Positions 54,474 through 64,000 of a stretch of DNA of 64,000 nucleotides are shown here, one piece after another. The notes under the pieces are model-generated. The model was not told the DNA's origin and did not search any database. It saw nothing but the letters and a program-made list of their open reading frames with translations. The position numbers and the translations under genes were made by a program. How positions within the stretch are numbered: the stretch's first letter is position 1; the number at the start of each line of letters is the position of its first letter. The DNA is from Chrysomallon squamiferum (Eukaryota; Animalia; Mollusca): contig CM022678.1 of the NCBI GenBank assembly GCA_012295275.1, forward strand, positions 5,084,001 to 5,148,000, given 5' to 3'.

Positions 54474-55641
54474 TTTTCTTACGCTTGTTCTGGCTTTTCA
54501 ATGTTTCTATGTGTTCCGTGTTTCTGCTGAATGTAGCATATATACAGCTTCTTTTTCATTACGAAAACGAAGGTTTATTTATGAAAGTCTTCCCTTTTTT
54601 CTTTTATTTTCAAGGCTGAAACTTTTTCAAATAACATTCAATCATTTAGTAACATACTGGCTGTTTTCGGCGTAAAATAGCCAGACTAAACTAAGTAATT
54701 TTAAACTCTTTATATTGCATCGAATTTTGTATCGATGCAGTGTTACTTAACATAAAATATACTAAAATAAAATTAAATAAATGTTCTCAAATGTCAGAAG
54801 GACTTAAAATAGCTATTTGCATGGATATCTCAAACTAATTCACAGTGAAAATTGACCTTTAGTTTACAGTGATCGAAAAAATGTGGAGGATTTAATAAAG
54901 ACGTCGAAAATTTCGTTTTTCACTGTTAATTTTCTACATTTTGCTAAATCCTTTTATATATAATTTAATTGATTGTATTGTATTTATTTGTTCGCACCCG
55001 TTATGTAATTTATTACTTCACCGAATAACAACGTCAAAATTGAGAACTTAATATGGGATAAAAGGGATACATATGTGTTATAAATACGAAGGCTCATTTT
55101 TCATTCTTTCAGCATTTTACCATCTTTTCCTAAAATAAAGTAAAATATTAAAATAAATCTTTTTTTTTTTCGTCATTTCGTTCTTCTCATTATTAGTCAA
55201 TTAGTTTTTTTTGGTTTTTGGTTTTTTAGTCTCAAGTTTCGTCTCTAGTCCTGTTTCAACATCACACCTTGTTTCTGTTTCAAATATTCCTTTCAGTACA
55301 TCGATAGAAATGTCTGAGTTAATTAAAACGATGATTCAACGCGCCTACAACGTTATCCAATTCTCACTACAAAACTTGTTTCTTTTATCAAGTCTATAAC
55401 AGATGAAAATTTCATTTGTTTCTCTATGGACTATGCTGATACGTGGAAATAAATTAAAAAAGAAAACATCTGACAGAATCTAGTTTATCGCGCATTATCA
55501 ATAATTTAGAAATCTTCTGAACCCATACTTCAGAGTAACATTTCAGTTAAAGAAAATGTAATAATGATCCAGTCTGGGAAGCACATTTTTGGAGATATCT
55601 GTAGGAAATGACGTCACGAGACAAACTGAAAGAATCAACTT

Positions 55642-55675
<34 letters not shown>

Positions 55676-56025
55676 CTTTTTGAAAAGAGTGACCTCCAAC
55701 GCGGTAAATTTGAAAATGCGCTCCGAAATCCATGCTGGAAATCGGAAGGAACCGAATTTTCTATGCCCGGTTTTTGAATGTCAAACTGTATCAGCTGATC
55801 ATCCAGATCTGACACAAACATCTCCTGGATTTCCATCACAGTATGCTCGCATGAGAAATGTCCCAATCGTTTTATTGCCTATTACGTCACTCAAAGAAAA
55901 CAATTCATTGTTTGCGCACCATTCGTTTCTTTCTGTTGCAAATTGATAATATCACTGAACATGATGATTTATCCTACTGGTCTTTAAGTACACTACTAAT
56001 ATATATTACAGCTTGCAAACACACA

Positions 56026-56083
<58 letters not shown>

Positions 56084-57729
56084 CTCTCAGAAGATTCTAC
56101 TATCATAAATACTTGATCAAGTATAAGCTCACCATCTAGAATCCTAGATGAAACAAAAACATATTCTGGATTTCCATCATTGTATGCTCGTATGACAAAA
56201 GGATTCAAAATTGCAGAAACCTGACAAACTTCTTAACTACGCAATTCATACTGAAAACTTTACTCACTATTACAGATTCTATAGTAGAACAATAAACTTC
56301 CGCTAGTCAGTGAAGTTTAATGATTAAAGTTATTTTTAATATTGTTACAAACAGCTCTATATTTAATTTTTTGGAATGTTTAATTTATTTATTTATTTAC
56401 TTATTTATTTATTTATTTATTTATTTCCTTACTTAATTAATTAATTATTGATTGTGTTTGTTTGTTAGTTTATTTATTTATTATTGTCATTGTTATTATT
56501 ATTATTATTATTATTGATGGTAATAGTAGCAGTGTATAACTACTAGTCAAGTTTTACTATTAATTAATTATTCATTGTATTAGTAATAGTATCGTAACGT
56601 CATTAGCAGTCGAGAAGAACATTTCAATGACTTCCTCATTTTCGATCCAATTTCCATCCTGTTTGATTCGTTCCGAGTTTTCTACGATACCTAATCCATA
56701 AAAAGAAAAAAGAAATCACTTTATAGAAGTATAACATTTGTTAAGATGTTTGTTTTCATTATTACTATAATATGCATGTGTGGACGTGCAAGTGTGTGTG
56801 TTTGTATGTGTGTGTGTGTGCAAGAGAGAATGTGTATGTGACAAGGGGAATAACTCGTGTGGTATATTCACTGGAAGGTGAAGCCGTGGGACAAAGAAAT
56901 GAAGCATATTTCAAGGGAATTAACTCCAAGATTAATACTTCATCGTGTTGTTTCTTGTCATTCATTTAAATGTCACCAGGGGCGCATATTCTATTGGTAA
57001 AGATCGAAACTGTAATTCTGTCCAAAAATCAGACAGCATAATCATGAGTGGACTGGACGTTTTATTTAGTTTGAATGTTTTGGAAGCTAACCGAAAAACA
57101 TTAGGTATATACATTTTTGTAAAACGTACCAACAGTTGCAAAAAAGAAAATCAATAACAGATGGCGGTAAATATTTCAAATATTTCTAACCGTACCTACA
57201 CAAAATCAGTTAATTTGGATGAAATAAATATGTTGATTCATTGTTTAATTGCTAATTTTCAAAATGTTCTTGATCATTATTTATACAAGGAGCGATACAC
57301 ATTCTGTTTTCTTTACTTAGTTTTCAGTTAATATTTATTTACGCTAATTTACCTAGATCACAAATGATTTAAAGATCGGTATTTATTAAAAGAACTAGTT
57401 ATTATCAGACATGATCGCAAAACGACTGAATTCAAGACATCGTGGAAACAAAGATATATTAATTAATAATAGTATATGACCATAAACTGTATGTTGCCAT
57501 TTTTCAGCTCTTTAGACTTAACCGCGAGTAGGTCAGTTTCTTAAGGAGATTTTTCTGCCTGAAAAACATAAAAAATACAACAAAAGAAGCAAAACAAACA
57601 AATAAAACAGATATAGAAATACAAACACACATCATATCGAAACAGAAATCCTTAACGTACCTGAACACGTTTCCACCTAATCAAACTGCGTTCGTTTTAT
57701 CATGTTAGGTGATGAATTTCACGTTCCAG

Positions 57730-58594
57730 ATTTCTGCAACAGTCAACGACGAACAAGGAACAGCGGTTACTGGCAGCTGTAACGATCTTTATAATGCTGT
57801 CAAACGGGGAAACTTATTAAATATCTAAGTTCATCTCTAGGAGAAGAAGGCTTCGTTGGCAACTGTGAAACTTATTTTCGTCTCTCTGGTTTTATCTATT
57901 TTCATTCAGTGTCATACTGAAGAGAGTGTAGCTGGAACGTATTCGAAGAACCGTATCACCGGCTCTTAAGGTTAGCCACCGAAGGAAAGATAATGGAAAT
58001 AAGGAACAAGGTGAACAACTGTGGGAAATAATCTCATCAGTTTTACCTGCACATGATATTACAGAAACGTGGATCACATTCTTCATGCACCTACGTCGAA
58101 ATATAAAATTTACCAAAGACGGGCTCGTTGTCGGACAATTTATCTGGAACAAAGCGTTCGCTCAAACTCCACACTCGGCCTGTTTAAACGTCTATTCAAG
58201 CGGATACCCTGTCGATGTGGGAGATGGTACGACGACTCCTGCAGAAGAAGTATTTACGAATGATGAAAATGGCGATGGAGTACTCGGATCTCTTTCTGAT
58301 CTGATTTCTGCCTTAAACGTTGACACAAGTTGAAGGTAATTACGGGACTGAGGCGGACAACGTGAGGATAAAGTCTGGACTGATGTCTGCTCAGCTTTAG
58401 AATCGTCTCTACAGGTAAAATGTCGATGACGGATTCAGAGGATTTTGGTACTGGCAAATGGCAGATATAACGGGGACAATCACCACCCGAAGATACACGC
58501 TATTTCGCGGTAGTTCTGTTTGAGAAGAAACGGTAAAGAAAATAATCAGATAATTTGTTCATGCAAGACCATGGACAAAGGTTTAGTCAACAAA
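57730..58594 (+). pseudogene. Pseudogene of the four-repeat family (copy F, sister of copy D)
   Basis: Acceptor cacgttccag; relics EEPYHRLLRLAT, RNIKFTKDGLVVGQFIW, VFTNDENGDGVLGSLSDLISA and GFWYWQMA, with frameshifts and stops. Confidence 0.9.
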
Positions 58595-58697
58595 CATCAC
58601 ACTCAGACTACTAATAACAATAAAGAAAACGAAAGTTTTTTTTTTTTTTTTTTTGTCTTTTCTGTTGTTTTTTATTGTTCTGCTTGTTCTTCATCTG

Positions 58698-58731
<34 letters not shown>

Positions 58732-58853
58732 TTAGTAGTAGTAGTAGTAGTAGTAGTTCTATAACTATGGACTGTCTTTTGTTTCTTTACTGATATCACT
58801 TGCTACAACCCCGTAGAAACAACTCTTTTACAGCCAGTTATTCGACTATAAAG

Positions 58854-58997
<144 letters not shown>

Positions 58998-60204
58998 TCC
59001 GTACGTGTGTCTCGCTGTCTGTATATATTTGTAACTACATAAAATCCTAAATATCATCGACTGTTATAACAGACTAAGCTGACAAGCTCAGTCTTCCATC
59101 AGTAGCACAACAGAAACAAATAGTTTTTCCACAACAAAAAACCTAGTTTAGAAGGATCAAATGGATACCTTATTTCACAGCCGACTCTTTAATACGTAGA
59201 TGCAGTAAACACGACGAATTTCTGAAATGATTCGTACCCAATCACAACACTATAATAACCACATCTGCTTTACAAGTTTCCAATGTTTGTTCTTTTTTGT
59301 TTTGTTTTTTTCTTAATTTGATATAATTTTATGCAAGAGCCTAACTCTCTTGGAACGAACTAATGACACTAATTACTTTACCCACAAAGCCTAACGGAAA
59401 CAACATTTTCAAATAATTAAAAATCAGACAACCGTTTTATGATTAGAGAACAAATAATAATAATAAAAACTAATTAATAAATAAAAAGTTGCATAAAGTA
59501 AAAAAAAATAAAAATTGAAAAAAAAAATTAAAAATTAAGATCATTATCGACATCAGACTGTAAACGAATGATATATTATCCCATTTCACACACACACACA
59601 CACCAATTTATTACATTAATTTATTTTTTATCTTAATAATTACTTTTTATTTCTTACATTTTACAAAAACACATTTTAGATATATATGTATATGTGTGTA
59701 TATGTGTGTGTATGTTTGTGTTTGTGTATACATATATATATATATATATATATATCTTGTTCCTAAATCAAAGCGATGAGCGTATGTTAGTTGATTTTTG
59801 TTTAATTATCCTATTAATCCATATTTATATTTGTGCACGATTTGTGACAAATTATAACTTAATGTTTGTTTCTATTAATACACGGTTACCATAGACGATG
59901 CACCGCCCGAATCAAATTTCGTAAATTAGTAAGATGCGATTAGTATAAGTACCAGCAGTAATTTTATTTTATTTAATGTGTTTTTATTTGATGGTTTTTA
60001 TTTAGAGTAAGAAGGCAAAAAATACGGCTTTTTTTTCTTGTTTTTAATTTAACTCTGTAGATACATAACGATATGCAATCTATTCATTTATTAATCTCCA
60101 CGTTTACTCTTATTTATTTATTTATTACTATTAATATTGGTGTTGTTGTTATTGTTGTTTTTCATTGTTTTGTTGTTATTTTTGGTCTTTTGCTGTTGTT
60201 TTCG

Positions 60205-60256
<52 letters not shown>

Positions 60257-61682
60257 GTGTTTGTGTAAAAAAGAAAAAAAAATGTAATTGATGCCAGAAC
60301 CCTGATGATTTTGTTTTGTTGATGTATTGTACAAAAACCCTGGTTGACATAAAATAATAAATACGTGACAGGCTTCTAAAATATTAATTATTTATGAGTC
60401 ATTTGTGGGTTTTTTCTGTTTTCATGGCTTCATATTTGATTTGAATTTAACTTTATCACGAGAGAAATTAAATTAACAACTCTTATAAACGTCTTTCTCA
60501 CATTTTTGTACTGAAAAACGTGTACTTCGGTTTAAACGCGGTCATTAATAAAAAAAAAAAAAGACAGAAAAGAAAAAAAAAAACAGAAAAGGAAAAGAAA
60601 AAGAAAAAAGTAAAATCAATTACATTATTAAAGGTGTGAAGTTGGCAAGGCTTTCTCAGTTCGAACAAATTACAAAATAAACATACTAAAAAAAAAAAAA
60701 AAAAAATAAGATTCCAATATTTGGGTACATTTAACTATTAATTTTATATTTTGTTTCATTAAATGAAATGTAACTGCTGTCCGAAGGAACTAACAGAATG
60801 TAGAGGTAATGAAATTTGGAATTTGTATTTTCTTATTGTTATAAATGTGGAAACTATGAATGGTTTGTTTCTCTGACAATTCGTGCCAAACCTCTGTGTT
60901 AAATGAAAACAAATTTGAGAAAACCTGACAGAGAGAAACGTAGAAATCAAAAACAATTTCACTGATTTAGCAGACTTCCCCTGTCGTTATATTTTGTTAA
61001 TTTATTTTATTTTATGGTTAGTCAATAAAATCGGTTAAAAAATAAATGGCATGAACACTTTAAATATCATTTCTTCTCTTTTAACAAATCAGTGTTTAGT
61101 TTGTATTTTCTGATTGCATTTAACTTTGTTTTATTTTATACTAGTTAGATTTCTTTAAATTTATTTTACTCTAGTTAGACTTTATTTAAATTTATCTTAT
61201 ACTAGTCAGACTTTATTTAAATTTACTTTTTGTTTGTTTTTCTGTTATTTATTTATTCATTTATTTATTATTATTTTGTTGTTGTTCTTTGTATTATTAT
61301 TATTATTATTATTATTTAGTATTTATTTTATCTTCATAGAATAACGTCAAAAAATATAATTAGTCTAATAATGATGGAACTGACTGCTCAATATTTAATT
61401 AGGTGTCCTCCCATGCATGTCGTTCCGAATGTTTAACTTGGAACGTGACTAGAATCGTGCACAAATATTACTCATAGCTTTGGTTTAGGGATACTGAATT
61501 ATCCATTATCCAGGTCATCCATTTTTGTTCATTTCATATCATTTGATATCGTTTGTTCTTCTAGATATCTTACTTTGTGAATAGAGAATAATTTTTGTTA
61601 TTCTCCCTTTATTACTGCTAGGCTATACAAACACACTCGTAATTATGGGGGATTAATTACTGCAATCTACATATCTATCCAT

Positions 61683-61725
<43 letters not shown>

Positions 61726-62133
61726 TGTAATTAGTATGATTTGAGACGCGGAGATTGCAGAGACAGACAATGTCAGAATTAGATCGGTACTGTGTTTAAA
61801 TAAAAAGAAACAAACAAAGAAACAAAACAAAAAAAAAAAAAAAAATAAATGAATAAATATAATATAACAAAATAGGTGGGTCGAGAAAGAAAGAAAGAAA
61901 AGAAGAAGAAACAACAAGACATGCTGGTATCATGTTCAAATAAATATATCGACCATTTCATTATAAAGAAATGTACGACAGGTGCAAATTACGCGAGAAT
62001 AAATACAGTAATCCCAAAACTATGTACAGGAAAACTTAAAAGACATTTTATTAACTAGAGACCTTGCAGTTGGATATCACAGATTTCACTAATTAACGTG
62101 ATTGATCAATTAAGGGTTAGGTATGTATAGACA

Positions 62134-62170
<37 letters not shown>

Positions 62171-62299
62171 CCACACACACACACATACATACACATTTGT
62201 ATATGAAATTGATAATAACGCTGAAATATACACATTTTAATTTGTTCTTTTTTTTTATTGATTTCTGAAGAGAAATAATTGTTTTCAACGCTAAAATCT

Positions 62300-62830
62300 G
62301 TTGACCGAAGCCCACCTGTTGCGATTACAAGATCTGATTTAACAGAAAAACAAATTATTAGCTGATTTGCATATTTCTATCAATTTAATACAGTCATTTT
62401 TTTTTTTCGTCGCTTTTGAAGAGAATCGATGAAAGAGTGAGCTAATCAAGGGTAAGTCCAATTCATATATCATCAACATTGCTCAGAACGGAACATATTT
62501 ATTGGACATTTTTTTTTTTTTTTTTATTAGCATTTATTTGTTTTTACTTTTATTTATTTAGTTTTGTTGTCAACGATTGCCTTCTGATATACATAGAGAA
62601 GTAGTAAGACAGATAAATAACATTTTGCATTGCCTTTCATTTATTTTACTTAATTACTTTAATGTTATTTGAATACTTAGGTGACAAAGAGATGCAGTTA
62701 ACATTTTTAGTTATTAAAATTGTTGATATAACCATGTCATGGCGCTTTACTATAGGCTAAAATGCCTGTATTTTATTACAAATATATCCAAGAAACACGA
62801 TTTTGATTATTGTCTAAATGTCCGTGATAC
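62300..62830 (+). pseudogene. Orphan promoter/exon 1/intron 1 block of the family, TATA degenerate
   Basis: Homologous to 25323-25850; TATCAA at 62378; donor AAGG/gtaagt at 62451/62452. No exon 2 follows within the window. Confidence 0.6.
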
Positions 62831-62959
62831 TGTACTAAAATTATAACAACTTTGCAAGACCGCAAACAAATAGCTGAAGATAAACCTTTTTTAAAAAGGT
62901 GTGTAATAAAAATAAGAATAAAATAAAAATTTAATTTTCAATAACAGAGTTTACTGTTA

Positions 62960-63053
62960 CGAGTGCTCCTACTTACGAGTTTTTCCCGTTATGACTAGTT
63001 GCCCGGTCGATTTGTTTCCTTTCAGTTGCGAGCCAAAATCCGAGTTACGAGCG
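62960..63053 (+). mobile_element. Tigger/pogo left-end fragment
   Basis: acttacgagttttt...gttgcgagccaaaatccgagttacgag matches 17100-17180. Confidence 0.75.
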
Positions 63054-63947
63054 GACTATACATGTATACTTAGTATTTAGAGGCTGAGGACGTGGGAGTT
63101 GTCGTTAAATTAAATAATGTAATTCTTAATTTATTTTAATTTTCCATAACAAGTTTTCTTAGAAATAAATATAAACTCAAAGACTGCACGGAACATATAC
63201 AGGTTACATCGAATTGATCAAAAATCAAACACAGCACACAGAAACAGGATAACCAGTTGTCCCTGCTTCCGGCTAAAACAAAGATATCGCAAAATATAAT
63301 TACCAACATAATTGCCTAATAATGGCCGCCAACTCCTCACACCTACCCAAGCCTTGTCTTTGCTCTGTGTGGTCTACGTGTCTCTCTCTGTGTTACTTTG
63401 TCTTTTATTTAAACATAAACGTCGCGGACTTCCCTGAAGTCAGCAGAGCGTAGCTGATAAAAATTCCTTTTGTCTCTACCTAATGATCTTTAATTGTAAG
63501 ATGATTTCTGTAATTGGATTAATGTTAACTAACAGTAGATATTTAATAAATGCATATTGTTAGAAATATTTGTAGAAATGAATCGTTGACATATTTACTT
63601 ACTTTAAGGGTATATATATATATATATAGGTTAATTTCGAGATGTTAAACTATTTTAAAGTAAACCATTTAGGTAAAAATTAAATATGGTTCCGACATTT
63701 TCAAAAACTGTACCTTGAAAGTACAACAATATAAAATATTATAATAAGTAAAAAAGATAGCTATCATCTAATTCTATAAGTAGGTATAAACTAAATTGGA
63801 ACCCGTGACTTAGTAAATAAGTTAGGACCAATTGCTATATTAAATATCGCTGAGAAAACTTTTCACAGCTTGAACGAGACCCTATTAGGGTATGGCTAAG
63901 GGCCCTGCTATGAAAGATAAAAAGGGTTTACCGTCATAATGGTTACT

Positions 63948-64000
63948 CAGTACGAGCGTAGTACTTTTACGTTATGTACCATACTGAAGCAGAAGGAGTC
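63948..64000 (+). mobile_element. Tigger/pogo internal fragment running off the window
   Basis: Matches 17429-17480 and 45566-45616. Confidence 0.8.

Overview
AT-rich, microsatellite-dense, intron-containing eukaryotic DNA with one 200-N assembly gap (19359-19558). The base composition, the (TAA)n/(CA)n/(TA)n load and the gene families suggest a mollusc, possibly a cephalopod; this is inference only. There are three parts. (1) 1-12.9 kb: a ~4 kb-period tandem array of three intact 332-aa FkbM-type (Methyltransf_21-like) SAM methyltransferases with an N-terminal membrane anchor, on the minus strand; a fourth copy is implied just left of the window. (2) 13.2-18.3 kb: two GC-rich minus-strand exons that splice in phase to give FN3 + B30.2/SPRY, the C-terminus of a TRIM/FSD-like protein. 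The FN3 exon is missing from the ORF track, and the intron holds a 54-bp minisatellite and a Tigger/pogo element. (3) 19.5-64 kb: a birth-and-death tandem array of an uncharacterised secreted ~548-aa protein made of four ~115-aa internal repeats, encoded by a putative TATA/non-coding exon, a signal-peptide exon and one large exon. The array holds two intact genes, one frameshifted gene, one gap-truncated gene, several pseudogene relics and a hidden inverted, more divergent pseudogene. Repeat 2 is hypervariable, one gene looks chimeric, and repeat 4 carries a loop bounded by basic convertase-like sites. All alignments and counts were done by eye.
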